In this document: positions 54,515 to 64,000 of the stretch, in pieces
Layout of the letters: each line of letters begins with the position of its first letter
Numbering within the stretch: the stretch's first letter is position 1
Assembly: GCA_001464575.1 (NCBI GenBank)
Contig: LNFE01000138.1
Span: 5,116-69,115 of the forward strand
Reading direction: 5' to 3'
Origin: Acidobacteria bacterium Ga0077553
Lineage (GTDB): Bacteria > Acidobacteriota > Terriglobia > Bryobacterales > Bryobacteraceae
Length of the DNA: 64,000 bases
The notes under the pieces: generated by a model
The model's input: the letters and a program-made list of their open reading frames with translations, nothing else
Told to the model about the DNA's origin: nothing
Databases searched by the model: none
Made by a program: the position numbers and the translations under genes

Positions 54515-56716
54515 CTTGTCCTGCATCGAGGGCTGCTGTTGCTGCTGCCGCTGCTGCGGTTGCGGCCGCCCGCCGCTGGCCGGCTTCGGCTCCAGCGCTT
54601 TGATCGACAGGGCAATCCGCTTCGTCTTCAGGTCCACCGAGAGCACGATGACCTTCACGATCTGCCCGGCCTTCAGCGCCTCGGCCGGATCCGTGATGTA
54701 GCGATGGCTGATTTCGCTGACATGGACGAGCCCGTCCTGATGGACGCCGATATCGACGAACGCGCCAAATTTGGTGACGTTGGTGACGACGCCTTCAAGA
54801 ATCATCCCCGCCGAGACATCCTTCATCTCCTTCACGTCATCCCGGAAGTTCGGGACAACAAACTTATCGCGCGGGTCGCGGCCTGGCTTCCGAAGCTCCT
54901 CCCGGATATCGTTCAGCGTGTAAATGCCGACCTTCTCAGTTTTAAAGCCTTCGATCTTCACCTTCTCGACTAAGTCCGGTTTCGCGATCAGCTCCGGCAC
55001 CGTCACCCCAAGCGACGTCGCGATGGCCTCGACGACGGGGTAGGACTCCGGGTGAACCGCCGTCATGTCCAGCGGGTTCTCGCCGTTGCGGATGCGGAGA
55101 AAGCCAGCCGCTTGTTCGAACGTCTTCGGGCCGAAACCGGTAACCGCCATGAGTTGAACGCGGCTCTTGAACCGGCCGTTCTCATTGCGGAACTCGACGA
55201 TCTTCTGCGCGACGCGTTCGCTGAGTCCGGCGACCTGCTTCAGGAGCGGGGCCGAGGCCGTGTTGAGATCGACGCCAACACGGTTCACGCAGCTCTCCAC
55301 CGTCTGTTCGAGGCCCTGCTTCAAGCGCCGCTGGTCCACGTCGTGCTGATACTGGCCGACGCCGATCGACTTCGGATCCACCTTGACGAGTTCAGCGAGC
55401 GGGTCCTGCAACCGCCGGGCGATGGAGATGGCGCCGCGGACGGTCAGGTCCAGATCCGGGAACTCCTGCCGGGCGACGTCAGAAGCGGAGTACACCGAGG
55501 CGCCGGCTTCGGAGACCACCACCGAGAACGGCCCGAGATTGGCCTGCTTGATGATGTCCGCTACCTCGCGCGAACCCGTGCCGTTGCCGATGGCGAAGGC
55601 CTGGGCGTTGTGCTGCTGGATCAGCCGGGAAAGCGTCCGGATGGAGCCCGCGACGTCGTTCTTCGGTTCGAGCGGGTAGATCACCGTATGCTCGAGCAGC
55701 TTGCCGGTATCGTCGACGACGGCGATCTTACAGCCGGTGCGGATGCCAGGGTCGACCCCGATAACGGTGAGAGCACCGGCGGGCGGGGACAAAAGCAGGT
55801 TCTCGAGATTCTCCCGGAAGACCTTAATAGCTTCTTCGTCCGAACGGTCTTTCAGGTCAAGGCGGATTTCGGTTTGGATGGACGGGTTCAGCAACCGGTC
55901 GTAGCCGTCCTCGATCGCCTCGTGCAGGTGCGACTGCCATTCGCCGGGCTCGCGGCAGACTTTGGAGCGCAGCCAGGCGCAGACCTCATCCCGGTTAAGC
56001 TCGATTTCAAAATGCAGGATGCCTTCCTTGGCGCCGCGGCGAATCGCCAACATGCGGTGAGAAGGGATCTTCGAGACGGGCTCGGAGAAGTCGGCATACA
56101 TTTTGAACTTGCCTTCCGGATCGGGCACGCCCTCGATGGCCTTCGAGACGACGATGCCCTTTTCGGCCATCATGGCGCGGACCGCTTTGCGGAAATCGGC
56201 GTTTTCGGCCACCATTTCGGAGATGATGTGCCGGGCGCCTTCGAGCGCCTCCTGGGGATCGCCGAACGTGGCGGCGTACGCGGCGAGCGGTTGGCCGTTC
56301 GGGATCTGCTCCCAGAGGTAGAGGGCGAGGGGCTCAAAACCCTTCTCGCGAGCCACCGAGGCCTTCGTTTTGCGCTTTGGCTTGTAGGGGAGATAGAGGT
56401 CTTCGAGCTCCGACTTGTCGAGGGTTTTCTCGATTTTGGCCTGGAGTTCCGGGGTCAACTTGCCCTGCTCGGCAATGGAGGCAAGGACGGTGGCGCGGCG
56501 ATCCTCGAGCTCGCGGAAGTATTCGAGCTTTTCTTGGATCGAGAGGATTTTCACCTCGTCGAGGTTGCCCGTCGCTTCCTTGCGGTAGCGGGCGATGAAG
56601 GGGACGGTGCCGCCTTCGTCAAACAGGGCGATGGTCGCGACGAGACTCTGGAGCGAAATTTCGAGGAGTTTCGCAATGTGTAGGAGGACGGGGGTGGGTA
56701 GGGCTTTGAGATCCAT
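54479..56716 (-). CDS. tex: Tex-like transcription accessory protein (YqgF/RuvX-like, HhH and S1 domains)
   Basis: 745 aa. N-terminal ATIALFDEGGTVPFIARYRKEATGNLDE, central GVDPGIRTGCKIAVVD, and a C-terminal S1 domain GMILEGVVTNVTKFGAFVDIG. Confidence 0.9.
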   Translation of the reverse strand: MDLKALPTPVLLHIAKLLEISLQSLVATIALFDEGGTVPFIARYRKEATGNLDEVKILSIQEKLEYFRELEDRRATVLASIAEQGKLTPELQAKIEKTLDKSELEDLYLPYKPKRKTKASVAREKGFEPLALYLWEQIPNGQPLAAYAATFGDPQEALEGARHIISEMVAENADFRKAVRAMMAEKGIVVSKAIEGVPDPEGKFKMYADFSEPVSKIPSHRMLAIRRGAKEGILHFEIELNRDEVCAWLRSKVCREPGEWQSHLHEAIEDGYDRLLNPSIQTEIRLDLKDRSDEEAIKVFRENLENLLLSPPAGALTVIGVDPGIRTGCKIAVVDDTGKLLEHTVIYPLEPKNDVAGSIRTLSRLIQQHNAQAFAIGNGTGSREVADIIKQANLGPFSVVVSEAGASVYSASDVARQEFPDLDLTVRGAISIARRLQDPLAELVKVDPKSIGVGQYQHDVDQRRLKQGLEQTVESCVNRVGVDLNTASAPLLKQVAGLSERVAQKIVEFRNENGRFKSRVQLMAVTGFGPKTFEQAAGFLRIRNGENPLDMTAVHPESYPVVEAIATSLGVTVPELIAKPDLVEKVKIEGFKTEKVGIYTLNDIREELRKPGRDPRDKFVVPNFRDDVKEMKDVSAGMILEGVVTNVTKFGAFVDIGVHQDGLVHVSEISHRYITDPAEALKAGQIVKVIVLSVDLKTKRIALSIKALEPKPASGGRPQPQQRQQQQQPSMQDKLAALSGKFRTR

Positions 56717-56745
56717 TAGGGTCTCTTGCCATTGTCGCAGGTCCT

Positions 56746-56787
56746 AAAAAAGCACGGCGCGGAGTCCGTGTCCGGACGCCGCGCCGT
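56746..56787 (-). terminator. intrinsic terminator after the UxuA-like gene
   Basis: On the minus strand, ACGGCGCGG-c-GTCCG-gaca-CGGAC-t-CCGCGCCGT forms a 9+5 bp stem (plus-strand 56754-56787), followed by GCTTTTTT (56746-56753). Confidence 0.7.
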
Positions 56788-56805
56788 CGCTCGAAACGGG
56801 TTAAC

Positions 56806-57891
56806 CTATCCTTCCATCTTCAGCATTTGCAGGCCCGCCTGAATGTAGCCAAAGCAGAAGGCAAACGCCTTCTTGCCGCCGGGGTCGCCTTCGAAACGGG
56901 GTACGTGATCGGGCATCACCATGCCGTCGTAGCCCACTTCTTTGTAGGTACGCAACGCTTCGAGCATATTCACCGATCCGTTGTCCGGAAAGGTCTCCTT
57001 GAAATCGAGATAGCCACCCTCAATATTGCGGAAGTGGACGTTGAAGATCTTCTTGCGCGTCCCGAAGTAGCGGATGTAGTCGTGGATCTGCTTGTTGGGA
57101 TCGACGAGCCCCTCGCTGATCGTGCCCTGGCAGAAGTTCAAGCCATGGTAAGGGCTCTCGCGGATGGAGACGAACTTCTTGAGGCCCTCGGGGCTGAGAA
57201 CTGTTTCGCAGCCGCGCCAGCCTTTATTCTTGGGCATAGCGGGGTCGTGCGGGTGGCAGGCGATCCGGATCTTGTATTCGTTAGCCACGGGAACAACGCG
57301 GTCGAGGAAATAGGTGATGCGTTCCCAATAGATGTCCTCTGAAACCGCACCGGCTTCGGTGAGGGCGGGCTCCTGCGGTGCGCCGGCGTACTTGAAGCTG
57401 CGCTGGATGGCGCCACCGCGTCCCTTGGTGGGTTCGGTGGAGACGACGCCCAGGATGGACATGTTGTATTTGACGGCGGGAATGCCGGCGGCTTTCACAT
57501 TCTTGATCATCTGGCAGACCTCGTCGATCGCGCGGTCGCGATCGGGAGACTTGCCGAGCATAATGGCCGGGTATTCGGCGCGCGTGATGTAAGCGGAACT
57601 AAGCGGTAACGGCACCATCTCGAGGGTGATGCCGTGCTTGCTGACGCGGTCGCGGAGAGCCTTCAGGCTGTCGACGCTCCACTTCTCATCGAGCTTGCGG
57701 GAGGGCAGCCCGGAGCAGATATTGTTCACGCCGAAGGCGGCGAGGGCGTTGAGGGTTTCGGGGTCGTCGGCGTGTTGGTGGCCGGCCTTCATCAGGACCG
57801 GTTTGCCTTGGCTTTTCGACTTGGCGGCGGAGGCGGGGAGTTGTGCGGCGGCGGCCAGGGCCGCGCCTTGAAAGAGTTCACGACGTCGCAT
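56806..57891 (-). CDS. mannonate dehydratase (UxuA)-family TIM-barrel protein with twin-arginine signal
   Basis: The C-terminal two-thirds align with E. coli UxuA blocks ([44 protein letters not shown]). The N-terminus [22 protein letters not shown] is Tat-like. Confidence 0.75.
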   Translation of the reverse strand: MRRRELFQGAALAAAAQLPASAAKSKSQGKPVLMKAGHQHADDPETLNALAAFGVNNICSGLPSRKLDEKWSVDSLKALRDRVSKHGITLEMVPLPLSSAYITRAEYPAIMLGKSPDRDRAIDEVCQMIKNVKAAGIPAVKYNMSILGVVSTEPTKGRGGAIQRSFKYAGAPQEPALTEAGAVSEDIYWERITYFLDRVVPVANEYKIRIACHPHDPAMPKNKGWRGCETVLSPEGLKKFVSIRESPYHGLNFCQGTISEGLVDPNKQIHDYIRYFGTRKKIFNVHFRNIEGGYLDFKETFPDNGSVNMLEALRTYKEVGYDGMVMPDHVPRFEGDPGGKKAFAFCFGYIQAGLQMLKMEG

Positions 57892-57927
57892 GATTAGCGA
57901 ACGTTATTTCACGTTTGCCGGTTAGAG

Positions 57928-58524
57928 TCAAGCTCGGGAGGCGAGGCCGGCCTGCAGGGTGGCCGTTAGCCGAAGGCCATCATCCGCCCAAAGTGCGGCC
58001 GAATCGAGCCAAAGGCCGGGGAACTCGTGGGAGCGGTAGATGCCGTCGGCGTCCGGCGCGATGGGTTGGTAGGAGCCGTCGACGAGTTCGCGCCAGATGA
58101 TCTTCGGCAGCAGCGTTTCTATGGTGATGTACTCCTTCACCCCGGCGCGCTGGTAGAGGGCGAGCTTGGGGCCGAAGTCGACTTCGGTGCTGGTAACGCA
58201 GATTTCGACGGCAAGTTCCGGGGCGCCCGAGCAGAACTTCGCTTGCGTGGGTACCACGTTCCTGCCGAGGAACGAATCCGGCTGGGGAGAGCTTTCGAGC
58301 ATCAACCAAGTGGCATTGTGGCCTGACTTGCAACCCCGACTATGGTCGGCGTAGGTCGTGAGCAAGGTAACAACTCGGGAATCGAGGCGCGAATGGACGG
58401 CGCAAACTGGTGCTGGAATGTGGACGAGTCCGTCAATCAACTCGGCTTGTTTCAGACCAGGAATCCGCTCCCAACGAGCCAGGAAGTCCTCGCGGGTCAT
58501 TCTTTGACCAGTGATCAGTTGCAC
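57928..58524 (-). CDS. Uma2-family (DUF820) PD-(D/E)xK endonuclease-like protein
   Basis: AELIDGLVHI..., PELAVEICVTST and YQRAGVKEYITIE are typical Uma2 blocks. Confidence 0.75.
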   Translation of the reverse strand: MQLITGQRMTREDFLARWERIPGLKQAELIDGLVHIPAPVCAVHSRLDSRVVTLLTTYADHSRGCKSGHNATWLMLESSPQPDSFLGRNVVPTQAKFCSGAPELAVEICVTSTEVDFGPKLALYQRAGVKEYITIETLLPKIIWRELVDGSYQPIAPDADGIYRSHEFPGLWLDSAALWADDGLRLTATLQAGLASRA

Positions 58525-58530
58525 TGCTTG

Positions 58531-59356
58531 TTATTCTACCGGCCGCCGCGCCGCGAGCACCCGCGGAATCTGAGCCAGATCGGGGTGAATCGTCACCTCC
58601 GCCCATCCGGTAAAGAGAGCTTCCATCGCCGCTGCCTGCCCCTGGCCGAACTCCCCCAGCAGCCACCCGCCGGGGCGGAGCAGACGGCGGCAAACCGGTT
58701 CCAGACGCCGGTAATGGTCCAGCCCATCCACCCCGCTGTAGAGCGCCGAGGCGGGCTCCCATTCCCGGACTTCGCGCTGCAAGCCTGGCGCATCGCCGGC
58801 GGGAACGTAGGGCGGGTTCGTCACAATCGCCCCAAACGAGTGGCCGGCGAACGCCGCCGCCAGATCCGCCTGCACGAAATGCACCCGCGCGCCGAGCTGC
58901 CTCGCATTGTTCTTTGCGATCTGTAGCGCTTCGGCTGAAAGATCGGTCGCAAACGTCTCGACCTCCCATTCCAGCGCCAGCGTGATGGCCAGGATCCCCG
59001 AACCGGTACCAATATCCAACACCGCGGTGGGTTCGTTTCGTAAAGCGAGTTCCACGATCAGCTCCGTCTCGGGGCGGGGAATCAGCACGCCAGGCGCGAC
59101 CGCGAAGGGACGCCCATAGAACTCCTGTTCCTTGGTGATGTACTGGAGCGGTTTGCCTTGGGTTCGTTCATGCAACCACCGGCCGAAATGAATCCACGCC
59201 AACTCCGGCAGCGGCACTTCCGGGTGGGAATAAAGGTACACCCGCTCTTTCTGTAACGCGCGGCACAGCAAAACCTCCGCGGTGAGCCGCGGACTGTCGA
59301 TGCCGTGTTCGCTCAGGAAGCGGGTGGCTTGCTGCAGGGCTTGGCCGACGGTGAGC

Positions 59357-59376
<20 letters not shown>
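58531..59376 (-). CDS. prmC: release factor glutamine N5-methyltransferase PrmC/HemK
   Basis: [17 protein letters not shown] motif and IVTNPPYVP catalytic motif. Overlaps prfA by 20 nt. Confidence 0.9.
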
Positions 59377-60448
<1,072 letters not shown>

Positions 60449-60449
60449 G

Positions 60450-61477
60450 TTAGGCGATGACTAGTTGCCCGCCCTGTTTCTTTTCAAGCTCCATGGCGCC
60501 TTCGAGTGCATGAATGGCGATGGCGGTCTGATCGTCCGAGGGGGGCTGGGTGGTAATTTTTTGGAGCCAAAGACCGGGGACGGTCATGGCGGCGAGCAGG
60601 GAACCGCGGCGACGGGCGGCAAAGCGGATGAGTTCGTAGCTCAGGCCCGCGATGACCGGAATCAGCACCACGCGGGAAGCGATCTTGGCGGGCACCGTGT
60701 TCAGGCCCAGGAGCGGGTCGACGATCATATAGGTCGCCATCGAGATCAGCATCACAACCAGCAAAAAGCTGGTGCCGCAACGCGGGTGCAACGTCGTGAA
60801 GCTCTGAGCATTCTCTACGGTGACGGGCCGGCCGGACTCAAAGTTGTAGACCACTTTGTGCTCGGCACCGTGGTACTCAAACACCCGGTAAGGAACGCGA
60901 GGAAGATGATCAGCCGGATCACCCCGTCGACCAGGCTAAATAGCGCACCCTGCTGCAAAACCGGAAAATAGTTCGACAACTGGCCGGTGGCGAAGGCGGG
61001 CAGCACCTTGTACATGATGATAAAGAAGCCAATCGAAAAGACCAGATTCAGGGTCATCATCCACGCGGGCACCTCCGAGGAGGCCTCCGGCTTGCCCTTG
61101 GCTGCGTTTTCTTCTTCCATCGCGATGTTGGTGGAGAAGCGTAAAGCCTTCACTCCCAGCGACATGGCTTGGCCCAAGGTGCCAACGCCACGCAGGATCG
61201 GCAGCTTGAAGATCGGATACTTCTCGCTCACGCGCGGCAGGGGTGCTTCTTCGGTGGCGATCTCCCCGTTCGACCGGCGGACCGCCACACAGTAGCTGTG
61301 TGGGGCACGCATCATCACCCCTTCCATCACGGCTTGACCGCCGACGAGAGTCTCCTCGCCGCTTTCGAGCACCGGCAGAAGTTGAGTGTGCGTGACCAAA
61401 CGGGCAAAATGACGCAGTGACATACGCGGAACCAGCGGAGCGCTTCCTTTCTTCATCAGTATAGCTGTTTGATGCAA
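60450..61477 (-). pseudogene. DUF1385 membrane protein gene, split by an out-of-frame deletion
   Basis: Track ORFs 60815..61477 (GGQAVMEGVMMR...VDGVIRLIIFLAFL then a nonsense tail) and 60450..60884 ((R)VFEYHGAEHKVVYNF...) are the two halves of one DUF1385 protein in different frames. About 10 conserved residues between FLAFL and RVFEYHG are missing near 60885-60895. Confidence 0.7.
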
Positions 61478-61495
61478 AGGAAGCGCTTCCGGTTG

Positions 61496-62311
61496 CTACT
61501 GCCGGCGGAGTTCGGCCTCCACTTGGCTCAGCCACTCCTGAGCAATGTCCCGATCCGGAGGTAGAGGCAAAGCCAGGTATTTCTTCAAATGGTCGGCGGC
61601 CTCCTGCAGCCGGTTGGACTGTGCCAGAAGAGGCGCTAGCGCGAAATGGGCGCGGCCGACCGTATCGCAAGACTGTTCGAGGAGCCGGATGGCCTCCTCG
61701 GTCTCCTTGTTCTGACCGGCCAGCGACACACCCAGAACGTAGAGGCCTCTTGGTGCCAAGGGGTCGGCCTGAACCGCTCGGCGAGCGAAGGATTCGGCCT
61801 CGGCGGGACGATTCTTCCGCAGGAGCAGAAAGGCAAGATTGGTAAGCACCGGGTGGGCGGTAGGGTCCAGGGCGTACGCCTTTTCAAAGCTCGTTTGGGC
61901 CGAGGAAAAGTCGTTCGCCAGGATTTGAGCGCTGCCCAGGTTGTTCCATGCTTCCAGGTACTGCGGGTCCAGCTCCAGCGCCTTTTTGTAGAAGCTAATG
62001 GCTTTGGCCGGTTCGCCGTTGGCTTTTGAGCGTTCGGCCGCCAGGTAGGCTTTTCTCGCCTTCCCCGGAACCTCGTGGGTCAATTGATGGTACGAGACGG
62101 AGGCCGTGCGGGGCTTCATCACCGCCTTGGGCTCAGTGGCCAGCTCGCGCTCGAGCCGCTGCAGAGACGACGTCTGCGGGTCGCATAGATGGCCTACGGA
62201 GGCCGGCGGAATCACGCCGGACGTCGCGGAGACACACGAATCGGTCTTGAACTGGGCGGTCGCGACGCCTAGCGATAGGCACACGACCGCCAACAGTTTG
62301 TATGTTGGCAT
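61496..62311 (-). CDS. secreted TPR-repeat protein
   Basis: Signal peptide MPTYKLLAVVCLSLGVATA, with TPR units (AISFYKKALELDPQYLEAWNNLG, SFEKAYALDP...). Confidence 0.7.
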   Translation of the reverse strand: MPTYKLLAVVCLSLGVATAQFKTDSCVSATSGVIPPASVGHLCDPQTSSLQRLERELATEPKAVMKPRTASVSYHQLTHEVPGKARKAYLAAERSKANGEPAKAISFYKKALELDPQYLEAWNNLGSAQILANDFSSAQTSFEKAYALDPTAHPVLTNLAFLLLRKNRPAEAESFARRAVQADPLAPRGLYVLGVSLAGQNKETEEAIRLLEQSCDTVGRAHFALAPLLAQSNRLQEAADHLKKYLALPLPPDRDIAQEWLSQVEAELRRQ

Positions 62312-62398
62312 AAGTGGAGATACTCCTCGGGTGAACGAATCAGTTAGAGGAAACTGGCGGAGTTTCTAATGGAGGGGAGGGACAGGGACGCCCGGGAA

Positions 62399-62773
62399 TC
62401 AGGCGGCGACGGGTTTCTGCTTAGAAAGGTGGGTGTCGAGAAGCCACCGGATCTGGGTGGCCTCGAAAGGGGCGGCGCAATAATCAGCGGCGCCGGCTTC
62501 GACGGAGTCGAGCCACTCCGCTGTTTCAGGAAGGCGGCTGGTGGCTATGATGCGCAGGCGTGGGCGTTGCTGGGCCGTCGCCTGCAAAAGATTGGCGAGA
62601 GAATTTCGTTCCGCGGGACAAAACACTAAATCGATCTCCGGCCAGGAAACGGAGCCGGTGCGGATCTCTTCTTCATCCTCAATGTCAGGAACGTGATGCG
62701 TCGTGATGAGTACGTCCCGCAACTCGCGGGAGAGTTCGGCTGGTAAGCCATAGAGCAGTATTCTGGGGGACAT
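62399..62773 (-). CDS. CheY-like receiver-domain protein, degenerate (stand-alone)
   Basis: 124 aa with a beta-alpha pattern. It has DLVFCP (putative phospho-Asp position) and IIATSR, but lacks the N-terminal acidic pair and the conserved Lys (AAPF). Confidence 0.45.
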   Translation of the reverse strand: MSPRILLYGLPAELSRELRDVLITTHHVPDIEDEEEIRTGSVSWPEIDLVFCPAERNSLANLLQATAQQRPRLRIIATSRLPETAEWLDSVEAGAADYCAAPFEATQIRWLLDTHLSKQKPVAA

Positions 62774-62960
62774 GCCGTCCTTCTCAATCCATCTTCAAAT
62801 GTCTGCTCTCGTACCCGGAGAATGCGCCGTGCCGATATCGAACTAGGAGGGGCGCTGCGCCTACACTTACGGTATCGGATGGATTGGTCCGCAATCCAAT
62901 CGAAAAATCTTATGGTTGCGATTCAAAGGCGGTGTCATGCGATTGGTACAATCAGGGAGT

Positions 62961-64000
62961 ATGCCAGCGATTGTGCGTAGAAAGTCGGTGCCGGTGAACG
63001 TCGGCGGAGTGATGGTTGGGGGGGACAACCCGATCGTAGTGCAGTCGATGACCAATACCGATACGGCCGATGTGACGGGCACCTCCAACCAGGTGTTGGC
63101 GCTGGCCAAGGCGGGATCGGAGATTGTCCGGGTGACGGTGAACACGGAGGAGGCCGCCCGCGCGGTGCCCAAGATCGTCGATACCCTCATGCTCTACGAC
63201 TGCCGCGTGCCCATTGTCGGCGACTTACACTACAACGGCCATCTGTTGCTCAAGAAGTATCCCGAATGCGCCCAGGCGCTCGCAAAGTACCGGATTAACC
63301 CCGGCAACGTCAACATCGGCAAGAAGCACGACGACAACTTCCGGTCGATGATCGAAGTGGCGGTGGAGCATCAGAAGCCGGTTCGGATCGGGGTGAACTG
63401 GGGCTCACTCGATGGCGCTTTGCTCACCCGCATGATGGACGAAAACGCGCTGCTGGCCGAGCCTTTGGACGCCAAGCAGGTCACGATGAACGCGATGGTG
63501 GTGAGCGCGCTCGAAGCCGCGGCTGCCGCGGAGAAGTACGGTCTGCGCCGCGATCAGATTTTGCTCAGCGCGAAGGTCAGCGGGGTGCAGGACCTGATTG
63601 CGGTCTACCGGATGCTGGCGGCGCAATGCGATTACGCCCTCCATCTGGGTTTGACCGAGGCGGGTCTCGGTTCGAAAGGGATCGTGGCGACCACGGCCGC
63701 CATCGGCGTTCTGTTGCAGGAAGGCATCGGCGACACCATTCGCGCCAGCCTCACTCCGCTGCCGAACGGTGATCGGGCCGAAGAGGTGCTCGTGTGCCAG
63801 CAGATCCTGCAGGCGCTCGAACTCCGCAGCTTCACCCCCCAAGTGACCGCCTGCCCGGGGTGCGGCCGCACGACCTCCACCTTCTTCCAGGATATGGCGG
63901 ACCAGATCCAGACCTATCTCCGCGAACAGATGCCCGTGTGGGGCTCGAACCATCCTGGCGTCGAGGAGATGAAGGTTGCCGTCATGGGCTGCATTGTCAA
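62961..64000 (+). CDS. ispG: 4-hydroxy-3-methylbut-2-enyl diphosphate synthase IspG/GcpE, 5' portion (runs off window)
   Basis: Not in the track because no stop is reached. Translation [38 protein letters not shown]...[10 protein letters not shown]...GDLHYNGH...YRINPGNV is canonical IspG. An alternative in-frame ATG lies at 62937. Confidence 0.9.
   Translation, partial: MPAIVRRKSVPVNVGGVMVGGDNPIVVQSMTNTDTADVTGTSNQVLALAKAGSEIVRVTVNTEEAARAVPKIVDTLMLYDCRVPIVGDLHYNGHLLLKKYPECAQALAKYRINPGNVNIGKKHDDNFRSMIEVAVEHQKPVRIGVNWGSLDGALLTRMMDENALLAEPLDAKQVTMNAMVVSALEAAAAAEKYGLRRDQILLSAKVSGVQDLIAVYRMLAAQCDYALHLGLTEAGLGSKGIVATTAAIGVLLQEGIGDTIRASLTPLPNGDRAEEVLVCQQILQALELRSFTPQVTACPGCGRTTSTFFQDMADQIQTYLREQMPVWGSNHPGVEEMKVAVMGCIV

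Noticed and set aside
57928-58524. Uma2/DUF820 endonuclease-like gene as a marker of a mobile element or restriction system.
   Set aside because: There is no methyltransferase, integrase, transposase, flanking repeat or compositional shift around it. Uma2 genes are commonly scattered singletons.
63405-63953. 182-aa minus-strand ORF near the window end (and 62867..63190).
   Set aside because: It is antisense to an unmistakable ispG reading frame that is absent from the track only because it runs off the window.

Overview
High-GC (by eye roughly 60-65%), gene-dense bacterial chromosomal window with about 58 protein-coding genes. I found no rRNA, tRNA, CRISPR array, transposase or integrase. 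All family calls come from motif and architecture recognition on the supplied translations; no database was searched.

The gene content suggests an Acidobacteria genome of the Solibacter/Bryobacter type. It includes a DUF1501 + DUF1549/DUF1553 + planctomycete-cytochrome/WD40 module, a PEGA protein, many GT4 glycosyltransferases, ECF sigma triads, and a C-terminal domain I recall as expanded in Solibacter.

Main blocks:
1. 2-1446: tdh (partial), a small hypothetical, and a YggX-like protein.
2. 1586-6944: a Dlt-like locus with an MBOAT, two SGNH/DltD-like proteins, a DltC-like carrier protein and a KAS III-fold enzyme whose catalytic Cys is Ser. No adenylating enzyme is present. This is my best candidate for an undescribed system.
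3. 7021-10266: a pair of DUF3857/transglutaminase-like proteins, one apparently inactive.
4. 11272-18545: a four-gene DUF1501 / DUF1549-1553 / PSCyt-WD40 / PPC-domain module.
5. 18532-29613: an 11-kb single-strand glycan operon (sulfatase-HEAT, GT4, DinB, GT4, GT4, DUF3108-like, GT4-methyltransferase, extended ABC-2 permease, cytoplasmic BNR/LamG protein) with no ABC ATPase.
6. 32925-36524: a divergent AAA+ ATPase and orphan secretin, followed by a decayed LolA-like gene.
7. 42644-46447: a xanthine-dehydrogenase-family M/S/L operon with a MoaD/ThiS-like GG protein.
8. 51411-53399: an ECF sigma / anti-sigma / secreted-protein triad.
9. 54479-64000: housekeeping genes (tex, prmC, prfA, a disrupted DUF1385 gene, ispG partial).

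Three otherwise conserved genes carry lesions: a poly-C frameshift, an in-frame TAG plus a lost start codon, and an out-of-frame deletion. Most long alternate-frame or antisense ORFs in the track are Pro/Arg/Gly/Ala-rich GC shadows and were rejected.
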